Shown: one piece after another, positions 11,976-24,250 of the stretch
Numbering within the stretch: position 1 is the stretch's first letter
Layout of the letters: each line of letters begins with the position of its first letter
DNA from: Mobula hypostoma
Lineage: Eukaryota
Length of the DNA stretch: 64,000 nt
Direction: 5' to 3'
Assembly: GCF_963921235.1 (NCBI RefSeq)
Contig: NC_086108.1
Coordinates: forward strand, 65,102,001-65,166,000
Notes under the pieces: model-generated
Seen by the model: only the letters and a program-made list of their open reading frames with translations
What the model was told of the DNA's origin: nothing
Database searches by the model: none
Program-made: the position numbers and the translations under genes

Positions 11976-12122
11976 TATTTCAGATGTGAGCATCTACAAT
12001 TTTCGTTTGATTTTTTGCCTCTGCATCTCAAACTTCTGTCGTCTCTCACTGTTTTGATAGGCTTTAATTATATTTTCTGACCAAAATGGAGATTTCACTT
12101 ATTTTCTTCAGTCATATATCAG

Positions 12123-12930
12123 TTGGAAAGTGTATGGTCGTGCACTTTGGTGGAAGAAATAAATGGGCAGACTATTATTTAGATGGAGAGAGAATTCAAA
12201 ATGCAGAATTGCAAAGGGTCTTGGGAGTCCTTGTGCAGGATATTCTAAAGGTTAACCTTCAGGTTGAGTCAGTGGTGAAGAAGACAAATGCAATGTTGGC
12301 ATTCATTTCTAGGTGTATAGAATATAAGAGCAGGGATGTGATGTTGAGGCGCTATAAGGCACTCATGAGACCACACTTGGAGTATTGTATGCAGTTTTGG
12401 GCTCCTTATTTTAGAAAGAATATACTGACATTGGAGACGGTTCAGAAGATTCACAAGAATGATTCCAGGAATGAAAGGGTTACTGTATGAGGAATGTCTG
12501 GCAGCTCTTGGGCTATATTCCCTGGAGTTCAGGAAAATGAGGGGGGATCTCATAGAAACATTCCAAATGTTAAAAGGCATGAACAGATTAGATATGGTAA
12601 AGTTATTTCCCATGGTAGGGGAGTCTAGGACAAGAGGGCACGACTTCAGAATTGAAGGAAGTCGATTTAGAACAGAGATGTGGAGAAATTAGTCAGAAGG
12701 TGGTAAATCTGTGGAATTTGTTGCCACGAGAGGTTGAGGAGGCCAAGTCATGGGGTGTATTTAAGGTAGAGATGGATAGGTTTTTGATTAGCCAGGGCAT
12801 CAAAGGGTATGGGGTGAAGGCAGAGGAGCAGGGATGACTGGAAGAATTGGATCAGCCCATAATTGAATGGCGGAGCAGACTCAATCAGCCAAATGGCCTG
12901 CTTCTGCTCCTTTATCTTACGGTCTTATAG
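12123..12930 (+). mobile_element. CR1 LINE 3' fragment
   Basis: ORFs 12086-12490 and 12459-12692 contain KCMVVHFG, RPHLEYC.QFWAP and RGDLIETF. The tail is cttacggtcttat. Confidence 0.92.
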
Positions 12931-12989
12931 TCTTAAATCATTTCCCTTTCACAATCTATCTTTATAATCTCTTAAAGATTCTCAGTCCT

Positions 12990-13745
12990 CTGTTAGCATT
13001 TATTTCGAGAGAACTGGAATATAAAAGCAACGATGTAATGTTAAGTTAATGTAATGTTACCTCTTCCTACAGATGCTGCTTGGCCTGCTGCGTTCACCAG
13101 CAACTTTGATGTGTGTTGCTTGAATTTTCAGCATCTGCAGAATTCCTGTTGTTTGATGTAATGTTAAGGCTTTATAAGGCACTGGTGAGGCCTCACTGAG
13201 TATTGTGAGCAGTTCTGGGTCCCTTATCTAAGAAACGATGTGCTGGCATTGGGGAGGGTTTAAAGGAGGTTCACAAAAATGATTCCAGGATTGAAAGGCT
13301 TATTATATGAGGAGTGTTTGATAGCTCTGGGCCTTTACTCCCTGGAAATCAGAAGAATGAAGGAGGGATCTCATTGAAATCAATCGAATATTGAAAGGTC
13401 TTGTAAGAGTGGATGTGATAAAGATGTTTCCATGGTGGGAGAGTCTTAAGACCAGATGACATAGCCTCAGAATAGAGAGAAGTCCATTTAAAATGGAGAT
13501 GTGGAGGAATTTCTTTAGCCGGAGAGTGGTGAATCTGTGGAATTTATTGCTACGGGCAGTTGTGGAGGCCAAGTCATTGGGTATATTCAAGGCAGAAGCT
13601 GACAGATTCTTGATTAGTCAGGGCATTAAGGTATATAGGAAGAAAGCAGGAGATTTGGGCTCAGAGGGAAATGGATCAGCCATGATGGTTCAATTGACCA
13701 AATGACCTAATTTTGCTCCTATATCTTATGGTCTTATGGTCTTTT
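12990..13745 (+). mobile_element. CR1 LINE 3' fragment containing a ~110-bp Penelope tail insertion
   Basis: Contains RNFFSRRVVNLWN and a (cttatggt)n tail. The insert ~13046-13154 is flanked by a duplicated gatgtaatgttaag. Confidence 0.88.
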
Positions 13746-14427
13746 AAAGCCTTCTCAGGTACTGTTTACAACTGTTCCTATCCAACTTTGTGTCAATAAC
13801 AAACTTAGCAGTCATATGCCTTTATCCTAGAAATTTGCATCAATTGTCTATTTCTATGCTACTGTGATATTTTCAACTTCTTCTTTTACAATGAATAGTT
13901 AACTTTTCAAAGCTGGAGAATAGAATGAAAGCATTTAAAAGCTGTGTCGATTGTTGCTCTTTCTGTGACTGCTTTTTGTGGAAGAGAATGTTTTGAAGGT
14001 AAATTTAAAACTTAAATAATGTGGTTAATGTCTGCCAGTTCATTTAGCATCTATAAGGGAAAGCTAAGTTAATAATTCAAGTTTGACCTATCAGCAGAAT
14101 CTTTGCAGTGAGGCAACGACCTGCTACAAGAATTTGAAAGGGCGAATGGTAATGGATATTCATCTTTGCCAAGAGCCTTTCTTTTAGGATCTTGAATGAA
14201 GTACATTTAATGTACAATGTCAAAGCTTTTGCATCTGCAGAGTGAAGTGAGTCATAATTGTGATTAAAATCAATATTCTATTCATATTTCATCTTCTCTG
14301 ATTCAAATGCTGAAGAAATTGAATATGATAGGAAGAAAAACTAAGAAAGAAGAAACTAGCTTTATTGCATTGCCTGTGATTGATTCCCATTTAGCTTAAC
14401 ACTGTGTCTTTGTGTCTTCTCTTCCAG

Positions 14428-14445
14428 TCCTGGTACCTGGGATAA
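14428..14445 (+). CDS. NFIA: NFIA terminal coding exon, phase-0 frame: SWYLG*
   Basis: Acceptor tgtgtctttgtgtcttctcttccag|TCCTGGTACCTGGGATAA. (Q)SWYLG* is the recalled NFI-A/B C-terminus. Confidence 0.9.
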   Translation, partial: SWYLG

Positions 14446-14504
14446 AGGCCATAGCTTCCCGCCACCCAGCAGACAGACCACCTGACCCCTTCCCAACTCT
14501 GTAA
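14428..14504 (+). CDS. NFIA: NFIA terminal exon, alternative phase-1 frame: [25 protein letters not shown]
   Basis: Resembles the recalled mammalian NFIA isoform ending (ILVPGIKVAA...PPDRPPDPFSTL*) used when the penultimate exon is skipped. This frame is what identifies NFIA rather than NFIB. Confidence 0.85.
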
Positions 14505-15271
14505 CATGGGAGCAAGACAACTTCACTTCAAGCTGTAGGGGGAGGGGAGATCAATAGAATTTCAACAGAGAAAATATGACATGAAACAGCACGCCTAAAA
14601 GCTGAATGATGAAGACCATAGTAATGGATTTACTTAATAAGAACTGGTCATACTCGTCATTTATGTTATCGTGCTATTGATATGTAAGGGTCTGTTATTG
14701 AGGTACTGAAATACTTAGGCTCTATTAGAAAACTCTGAAGTGTTTTAATAGTAGAAGATAGGCATAGCAAGGTAGTCTCTCATACCGGATAGAACTAGTC
14801 CGCTATCACTTACCAACTGTGTGATTATTACACAGTTTATGTAGAGTCTAACTATTTCAGGCAATCTCTAGCTAGCAGGAGACCCTCAACAGATAAAATA
14901 TTAGTGAAAGATAATGAAACACATGTATTTTGAAGTTCCATAGCTAAATCCTGCAAGATATAAAATACTACAACACCATGGAAATAGCTAGGGCAGCTTT
15001 CTCTGCAACATATCACAAAATACAGCTCTTCTTTTTTTCCAGAGAATTTATTAAACACAATCCACGCTATATACTGATGCACATTAATTATCATAGCTCC
15101 GATAGGCCTCCTGAAAGGTATATAAAATCCAAACATCTCACATCAAGAAGGTTGAAATGCTGCATTCACGCCATTTTAGTTTTGTTTTTTATTTCTCTCC
15201 AACAACAATAAGACAAATTGTTAAAAATCAGAAATCCATGCAAACTGGGGAGGATGGTCTGCTTTGATTGA

Positions 15272-15279
15272 AACTGACA
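15272..15279 (+). promoter_or_regulatory. miR-223 8mer site (AACTGACA)
   Basis: aaactgaca at 15271-15279 is complementary to miR-223-3p nt 1-9. NFIA is an established miR-223 target in mammals. Confidence 0.65.
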
Positions 15280-18200
15280 GGAATCAATCAAAAAGGTTTA
15301 ATTTTTTTGATTAATTGAGTAAAGTGCAATTTCATTGGATAGTTAAATATCTTTGTATGATAGAGATTGTTGAAAATTCTATTTTTGTTTTCCAAGTCCT
15401 CCCACCCCAGGACTCTAAACTATCGGGGTAAAATCATAGCCTTGCAAGAAAAAAAGGGGAGCTATTTTTTGCTTTTTTTATTTTTTTTAAAATAAACTTG
15501 CATCCCTCAAATAAACTGAAGGAAGATTTAAAAAAAAATTAAAAAAAAGCTAATGGTGCTTTTACCAGATCATGTAAACTACATTCAAAATTATAGCTAC
15601 TCATTGTTTTAACTAAGCACATAATAGAAAATCGCCACATCGTACTATAAGTAAAATTCTTTCTAAATTCAAAGACACAGTACACAGATTAAAATCTTGA
15701 CGAGTTTTTCAGTGTTCCACCTTGGAACACTAGAATTCAGATCCACATCTTGTATCTAGGAATTTATCCGTATCAATTTAAGTAACTTGTACATGTAAGA
15801 AACAAAAAAAAACACTGCATTGAAATAGATTTTTGACCAAACAGCAAAGCAAACCCTCATCCATGCTATGAGGCATGCTTCGCAAATATTTAACAAACCA
15901 TTTTCCCATGGTATACCAACCGTATATATTCTCTGCTTGGCTTGCCAGCCAATCAGACATTTAAAATGCATGATCTAGTGTTAGTGACTAATTTTTATAT
16001 AGACAATGTAGGAGAAATGTATAGTGCATTAAGACACAAGAAATATAATCCCTATTCCGGGCACTTGCCTTTTGAACTGTACTTGTTGGGCCTACAAAAA
16101 GGGCCTCTACTACTGTCCTATACAATCAGTAAACAGAAAGTCTTGGGAAGACACTTTTGCTCCTCACTTTTTCCCTAATGGAATAAGTTTCTTGATTTGC
16201 ACGAATAATATAAAAAAATTCCGCATCAATGTGCCTTGCCCTGGATAGCAATTATACGTGGAATCATTGCACATGTTCCTATAATGTAACAATCCTCTTG
16301 GGTCTTTTCCTGGTGTAGCAATCAGAGACACTTTTTAAATGCGACATTGGTGTCAGCCATTGTAAAGTTAAAACATGTAGAAAACAAATCAGTTTTGCCG
16401 CAGATAGGATTAGATTTCATTGTTCTTTACGGTCAGTACTTTTGAAATTTGTAGATGCTAGTGTATCAGTATTTTTTTTGGATGTTGCTACATTTTAATA
16501 TTATTTGGCGTCTTCCTTTGTTTTCCCAGATATATGAAAAAATATGCAATACCTGATTTATCATGTAGAAATGCTTAGCAAGTTTTACTTTTAATTTTTT
16601 TTATTTGACCAAAGTTGGTGCTGCTGTTAATGCAGTCTGTTAGGTGTTTGTCTTGTAAATTGTAAACGCTGAATGCACAGACAGGAAGGGCTCTCCTTAG
16701 AGTTGCAGTAGAACTGTGAAGCACTAAGCTGAACCCTGCTCCAACAAATTTCAGAACAGTTTGTTCACATTTGAGCCTTAAACTTTCATTCAAACCCCAG
16801 ACCCATATTTTTGTCAGCATAGCAGACTGCAAGGAATTTGCATTCAAGAAAAACAAAAAAATGCCCATTTTATATGCACATTTGAAACTTCCAAGTTTTC
16901 AAATTGTTTACTGATTATGTATATTAAAATGATTAAAACAAGTTTCTGGATTTTGATAGGTGTCTACTAAGTGGTGAGTAAGTGTTCCACAATACCGTAT
17001 TGTGTGATTGTAATTGTTTGATGTAATTTCTTGTAATCCACATCGTTAGCCTTCCTTTAGCACGTAGCTGGGCATTACATTGACATATGTGCACTATAAA
17101 GAGCAGCTTGCAGTGCTTCACAGTGAAGGGAATAGCACGGACAAACTTTTTTTGTAGGAACCTTGTTAAATGCCAAGGTTTATGAGTAGAATTGGTTGTA
17201 CATACAAAATAATAAGTAAAAAAAATGCACCCTGTTTTTAAAACAGTTTTTAAAAAAAGCAATAGTTTGGGCAGTTAATTTTTTTAAAATTTTTTTTTGT
17301 TGGTGAGTGTGATTAGTCATGGCTGCAAAGCAAGGAAAGAGAAAAAGTTGAGCTGCCCATTCAGCAGATTTGTAATTTGTATGTTGTATAGTTGTATTAA
17401 TTACACTGATTTAATCTGCCCTATTTTGTAATGCAGGAACTTTTGTAACATTGTTAAAATGAGAAAAAAAATCTGTCAACTTAGCTTAGTGGATCTTCTG
17501 ATTGTTGGTTATAAGGCAGCATTCGTAGTATTGCTATTCCTCTGGGAACTGGATTTGAGTTATAAACTTTCCTGTTTCCTTTTTTGTATGTATTTAAGTA
17601 CTTTATTTTTCTTCTTTGATTGGTATGGCATATTCCTATACTTATAAAGTATAGGCTACTGAGAAACCATTATAAATGGACATTACATGCTGTATTTTTG
17701 AAGGTATTTGTCGTTTCAAGTATGAAAGATGCTAAGGGAACCTGAACAAATTTAAAGTTTAAAAAAAAGGAAAAGTTTTTTAAAAGGTTTGGAAAAACGA
17801 TAGTATGTAGGCAAATGGGTAATGGATGAAACAGACTGTAAGTATTATTAAGCTAACTCTCTTTCACAATATCAAGAACACTACAAAATGAGAATTTGGT
17901 TTCATTTGGGAGGTATGGACAGCATGTCATTCTTGTAATAGAAGGGAGGTGTGATTATTTTTTTCTTTACTCCCCACCCAACCGTCAGGCTGGGTAGATG
18001 TAATATTAACTTAACCCTTTGATTATTTAATTATGTTTGCATCCTCTTAGAATGTAACCCTAAGAATGTTGCTGAGGTACACAAAAAAGCAAGCTTAGAG
18101 TATACAATACTTGGTTAGAAATGTATGTTTCTGTTTTTAGTTATTTTGCAAAACAGTGATCATGGGTTTTTTTGTCTGCCAATAAGTTAGCAGTTCTGAC

Positions 18201-20173
18201 TGACTGACTTAAAAGTCAAAGTTGAAATTAGTCAAGTAACAGTACAGACAGACTAGAAATTGCCTAAAGCTCTAGATCAGCTATTCTTCACAAGAAAGGA
18301 TGGGAGAAGAGATAAAGACCACACAAGAATGAAAATTCCTCTCGAAAGCATAGTTTTGCAGAATTCAGTCAGCCCACAGTAATATTCAAGTTCCATGACA
18401 GGTTCTCTCACCTTTTTCTTCATGCATATTGCAGCTTTGTAGTGGCAGTGTTGATAAAATATATATTGGACAAAAAAAATCAGACTCATAGCTTGAGACA
18501 GTTTTTTTCCTTGTAGTGATTTTTTTGAATGTCAGACAATATTACACTTTGAATTGTGTCTCTGGAAATATCTTTGATAGAAGGCCTCCATGGAACAAAA
18601 TACCATAAGAACATGACTTTGAGATTGGCTTGATAATATAAGGAGAGCTTTAATGGCACCTGGCAGGATTCAGATGCACTAAAATAAAAAAAAAGACTTG
18701 TCTTGAGAGTATTGCATGCATCAGCGTTTGACAGTAAAACCCAGCTTTGCATTTGCAAACCGAGGCTGTACAACAGCTCGGCACTTAGAAAGCCTTTTTA
18801 ATTAAAAAAAAGTTCAAAAAAAGTTTGCAAACAATACTGAAAATTGCTTTGATGTGTGGCAGATAACATTAAAGCTGTCCCATAGCACTTAATTGTAATG
18901 AATACTGTGTCACCAAGTTTATTATCAAATTTACTGTTAAATGCAAATCCATTACATGGTGCTATTACAGGCTGGCAACGAAATGTGACAACTTGGGCTC
19001 ACTTCACTTGCTTTATGACAGTGTAAATGCGTAGCAGTGTTTTCTGCATGAGAACTATGCACAAAATCTATGGTTAACCTTGGTATCTATTGAGTTTACG
19101 TCAATCCTTGCCTTTTGTCATTATTATAAATGCCAGCTTTAGATAAAATAAAGAAATAAGAATACCAGCATATTACCTGAAACATTACAAAAAAAAAGTG
19201 GTGCCTGTGAAATCTGTATTATATGAATCTTCTGAACTACAATTTTCTACAACGGTCGCCTTCGCTGTCTGTCAGAACCTTCTCCTCATGATGATTAAGC
19301 AAATGTAAAGTAACCATACAATATTACTGCATGCTATTCCATAATGCTTATTGAGCTGTATAAATATTACTCAAGTTTATGTTAGTCATTTTTTTTTCCT
19401 GACTTGGTTCTTGTCAGATAGTTTAAAGATATTTCACTGAGAACCCATCTGTCTATCTTTGGGGGTGTTTTCAGGTTTTTTTTGAGGTAATACATTTACT
19501 TTTAAAAAACATTTTCAGTATTACTTATTTTTGTTTGTTTATTTTGCTTCACCCTAGGGGGTGGGCACAGTTCCAAATTTAGAAACTGTGTACCCAATAA
19601 AACTTACCTGACAGTTATCTATAAGTGGCATCGCACGCGATTCAGTTTAATTTTTTTTTAATTGACGTCTGTGCATTTACCGTCCCATTACTGTGCAGCA
19701 GTGCTGTTTTGTCCGGGTTAGAAGCTCCTTCCCCAGCAGAAGGATTAAAAAGAACTTCAGTTTTTTTGGGAGCAGGTAGCACTTTAACAGATGGGAGAAT
19801 GGGTACCCGTGCCCACCCCTACCTTCACACCAGAGCACGTATTTTTAAAACGAGAATTAAAGAAATGGCTGTTTAGTTTCATGCACGGTTGAACATTTAC
19901 TTTAGATGAATTCAGTAAAAATGTTGTGCCTCTGGTACTGGCAATGATTCTGTTCTCGTGGTCATTTTTTAAAACAAACGTGTATGTGAAAGTATGTTAT
20001 TGGTTGAGAAACACTGTGGGCATCAATTCTTACTCAACTAAATCTCTGCAAGTTTTGAGCTGGTGTGGATTAGTTTAACTCTTGTATTCAACCATTAGTG
20101 CTACCACCTTCTCACATTACAATACAATTACTGGAAGCAAGTGCTGCATTTCCTATGCAACAAAAAAAAGGAA

Positions 20174-20179
20174 AATAAA
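20174..20179 (+). terminator. Distal polyadenylation signal (AATAAA) of NFIA
   Basis: The hexamer is followed by a U/GU-rich downstream stretch (cttattattggtgtcttttagttg), and the UTR-like character ends here. Confidence 0.65.
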
Positions 20180-20886
20180 ATGCTAATGCTACTGTACCCT
20201 GTATTCATGACTTATTATTGGTGTCTTTTAGTTGCAGTGGGAAGCAACGTCATTGAAAAGAGGTGAGATGGTGGTGGAAATCCCTCTGCAAATAAGGAAA
20301 GCAGGAAGATAGTAATAAGAGGCAATTGGTCAGCCATTAGCCCATGTGCCAAAATTGAATGTTATTTGTAATGTCTTCTGTTGCTTTCAGATTGCAGTAC
20401 TGATAAAATAGTCCCATTTGAGTTATTATAGAGCACTTCACTGATTATTTTATGGTAGTTTTTAATTATCTCTTGTGAAATTGTTTTCATAGAAAAAATT
20501 ATTCAGTGCAAAGTGGTTCAAGATGTCTCTTAAGAGATATGATAAAGTGCAAATTACTCTACACACCACTGCCCCACCAAATTTTGTTACCGATTTTCCA
20601 GTCTCTTTCTGGACCCCACCTCTTCCACACCTTGTCACCTCACTCCAAAGCTTAAGTCCATAATGATGGCCATATCTTTAAATCTGACCTCCATCTCTGC
20701 ACATTAATTGATTGCGACCCCTTCCCTTCCAGTGTTGACTTTGATTGCAGTCCTCCCTGGCCAGCAGTGACCTTGCTTGCCTTCAAAACCACAGCTAACA
20801 AACCCTAGTCAACAGTCACTGTTATTGGCACTGTCTCAGCTGACACATCGCCTAATGAGACCCAGCCTCGTTTTCAAGTAAGTGGC

Positions 20887-20993
20887 GTATGATGAATAAA
20901 CACTTCTTAGGTGTCCAGCCAGATACAGTACCTGGCTGCAAGCCTGAGAAGATTTTATTCATCATATACTCTGGGAAAGCACTAGATTCTTTC
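20887..20993. mobile_element. Small foldback insertion with an 8-bp direct-repeat TSD
   Basis: The ~40-bp arms 20887-20926 and ~20929-20969 are imperfect reverse complements, flanked by taagtggc at 20879 and 20994. Confidence 0.6.
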
Positions 20994-21089
20994 TAAGTGG
21001 CATAATTTCATCAATGATGACATGCAGTACTCTTTTTGTCACATCTGAGGGCCTGGGGTCTAATGAAATTTGGATGCACTACAACTTGT

Positions 21090-21332
21090 TTCACAAGATA
21101 CGGCCATAGGAGCAGAAGCGGGCCATTCGGCCCATCGAGTCTACTCCGCCATTCAATCATGGGCTGATCCAATTCTTCCAGTCATCCCCACTCCTCTGAA
21201 TTCTCCTCATACCCTTTGCTGCCCTGGCTATTCAAAAGCCTATCTATCTCTACCTTAAATACACCCAATAACTTGGCCTCCTCAGCCTCTTGTGGCAACA
21301 AATTCCGCAGATTTACCACCCCCTGACTAAAG
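21090..21332 (-). mobile_element. CR1 3' end fragment
   Basis: Reverse complement of the CR1 3' UTR seen at 12700-12930. Confidence 0.8.
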
Positions 21333-23144
21333 ATGTGTTAAATTCCTTCCACCTTCTCATGTTATGCTAGTGACGTCTGTGTAACATAGATGCTATTTAT
21401 CTGGTTACATTTATATTTCAGATTCTCAGTTATACATACAGTAGTATATCTTCACTTAGTTCACTGGTTAATATGTTAAATATTATTCTGAAAACAAAGT
21501 TTGGGCTAACTGTACTGAAGTTCAGTTCTCTCACACAGACTGAGAAGTTCTGAACTTTTGCACAGTGGATGGCTGGCCATTCTCTGAATGCACCCTGATG
21601 TTAGATTCCTCATGGAGTCTGGGGTGGTGTCTGAACCCGAGCAGATTTTCCAGTATTTCTACTGGGAAACCTGTATGTTGGTCATTTGCTGGTTTAACCC
21701 TGGCACAAGGGCTAGAAGACCATTTACTGATTTTTCTTTCCAGAAGGAAGTTTTTATGAGAGAAAGGTAAGTCATATGATTAACTCAATTAAATACTTTA
21801 AAATAATAATTTCAATGTAATTGTTTTAAGTACGGTTTTAATTTCTTTTTACAATTTTAAGGATTTGAAAATGCTTAATTTAATAGCTTTTAATGATCTT
21901 GTCAGAGACACTCACAAAGATTCAATCTCTTTGCCAGTCTTGACACACAGTCAACCTGGGGGTGTGGCTCAACTGTCTGTCAAAGTATTTCTGTGGGCAG
22001 GGTTTGCCAGGTAAGTGCGTTTAGTGGATGAGCAGCTTGTCTGGAGAGGATTCAGTCCAAAGTACAAAACATCCTTAGAATGCAGCTTTTGCTGTTGTTA
22101 TTTATAGATTTTCTTTAAATTAAAAACATTAATAGCCTTACCTTTTCTGTGACACTGTGTATGTTTCCAATTCAGAAGTATATATAATTTGTTTGATGCA
22201 ACAACTTGTCTTCAAAGCATTGCATATAGTATTTCATATGAATGTTCAAACTATCAGAATTAGAATCAGATTTATTATCTCTGACTTAGATTCAAAGATT
22301 TAAAGTAAATGTATTATCAAAGAATGTATAAATTATCCGATCTTGAGATTTGTCTATTTACAGGCAGCCGCAAAGCAAGAAGATATGAAATTAAAAGTTT
22401 TTAATCATTAGAATAATTGAAAAAATTATAAATTGCATGGAAAGGTACATGTAACAAGAAGCAAAGAGGATCAAGGAATTTGTGGAAGGACAACAAGAAA
22501 ATGCGACTTGTTATAGAGAAGGATTTATATGATTGAAGCAGTTGTGCTGTCTTAGAACTGGCAAATGTGAAATGAAATTATCTGATGCTATTATTGCTGC
22601 TGAATTGATAGGTGACAATTTAATCACAATTCTGTATACGCAGACCTCCAAATAGGGAAACATTTTTTAATTCACTTGAATCACTTGTGAACCATTAAGT
22701 CAATCAAAAAATTAACCTCACAATTTTTTAGCAAATTTTAAATGACCTATGAGATGTACATAGCTTGAAAAATTGTATTGCAAATACTACCAATATATGT
22801 CCGTAGCACCTCAGAAATTCTGCACTTTAAAAGTTGTATTTATTAAAAAGGTATGATTACAAAGTATGGTAAGTGCATGAGGGCTTATCTTATGCGATCA
22901 CAATTTTTTGCCTTTAGTAGTTCTCTGGAGCCCTCCAGTAACAGAGATATGAGTACTGAAATTACATTAAGGTATTTAAAATGCCACTTTAAGATCTACT
23001 ACAAACCCCCTTATAGCCCCTGAAGATCTCCTTCCAAACTTTTTACTAATCTGAAATAATTATGAGCAGGTAATAATGTTAATTAAGCAGGTGGCTGTTA
23101 TAATGCAAATAATACCAATGATCTTTGGAAAAATATACATAAAA

Positions 23145-24250
23145 CATTGAACAAAACAGCACAGGATCAGGTTCTTCAGCCCACAATGGTGTACAGAACT
23201 CATTAAATTAGTTATCAAATGCTAACTAAACTAATCCCTGCTGCCTACACCATGTCCATATCATTCTGTTTATGTGCCTTTCTAAAAGCCCCTAAACATC
23301 TCTATCACACTTGCCTCCACTATCACTCCGGGCAGTGAATTCCAAGCATCCACTATAAGACCAAGAGACATATGAGCAGAATTAAGCCAGTTAGCCCATT
23401 GATTCTGCTCTGCCATAACATCATGGTTGATTTAGTTTCCCTCTCAACCACATTGTCCTGCCTTCTCCCTGTAACCTTTGACGTCCTATCCGCTTTATAT
23501 ATACCTAATAACTTGGCCACCATAGCCACCTGTGGCAATGAATTCCACAGATTCACCACTCTCTGGCTATATAAAAAAATTCCCCCTCATCTCTGTTCTA
23601 AAGGGACATCCTTGTATTCTGAGGCTGTTTTCTCTGGTCCTAGACAACCCCACTATTGGAAACATCCTTTTCATGTCCATGCTATCTAGGCCTTTCAAAA
23701 TTTGATAGATTTCACTGAAATTCCCCCCCTCATTTTTCTAAACTACAACAAGATCCATCAAACACGGCCAGAGCCATCAAATGCTCCTGATGCACTGTTT
23801 AAAAAAAAATTGTCCTGCATAATTTCTTTGAACTTACTCTTTTTCACCTTAAATGCATACACTTAAATATATTAGGCATTTTAACCATATATAAAAAAAA
23901 CAGCTTTCTATCTTTGCCTCTCATATATAAACCTCTACCAGATCTCCCTTCAGCCTCTGTCACTCCATTGAAAGCAACTCAAGTTTGTCCAACATTTCCT
24001 TATAGCGTATGGCCATGCAGCATCCTGGGGAACCTTTATGCAATTTCCCCAGTGCCTCGACATTCTTCCTATAATGGGGTGACCATGACTGTCTCCCGTG
24101 CTCTAGATATAGCCTAGCTAGAGTTATATCAAGCTGCACCATAACTTCCCAACTCCTGAACTCAATTCTTCAATGAATGAAGACAAGCATGCCTTGTGCC
24201 TTCTTTACCACCCTGTCACTCTGAGCCACGAAACAGAGATCAATGGACAT
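23145..24250 (-). mobile_element. Antisense CR1 3' fragment with a second CR1 3' fragment nested at ~23352-23790
   Basis: Minus-strand ORFs include MVNLWNSLP and VVKKAQGML. Two distinct CR1 tails are present. Confidence 0.75.

Larger units (their letters stand above)
14446..20192 (+). other. NFIA: Long 3' UTR of NFIA
   Basis: AT-rich and transposon-free, with many homopolymer runs. The distal ...ttactggaagcaagtgctgcatttcctatgcaacaaaaaaaaggaaaataaaatgctaatgct resembles my recollection of the mammalian NFIA mRNA end. Confidence 0.75.

Noticed and set aside
1..14427. NFIA penultimate exon (…ANRFVSVGPRD…PQQTQ)
   Set aside because: I did not find it by eye; it presumably lies upstream of the window.
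15937..15952. TTGGC-ttgcca-GCCAA as an NFI autoregulatory site
   Set aside because: The spacer is 6 nt, whereas the canonical NFI palindrome needs 5.
14852..19876. Short ORFs within the NFIA 3' UTR
   Set aside because: They have low-complexity AT-rich composition, no recognisable domains and mostly non-ATG starts.
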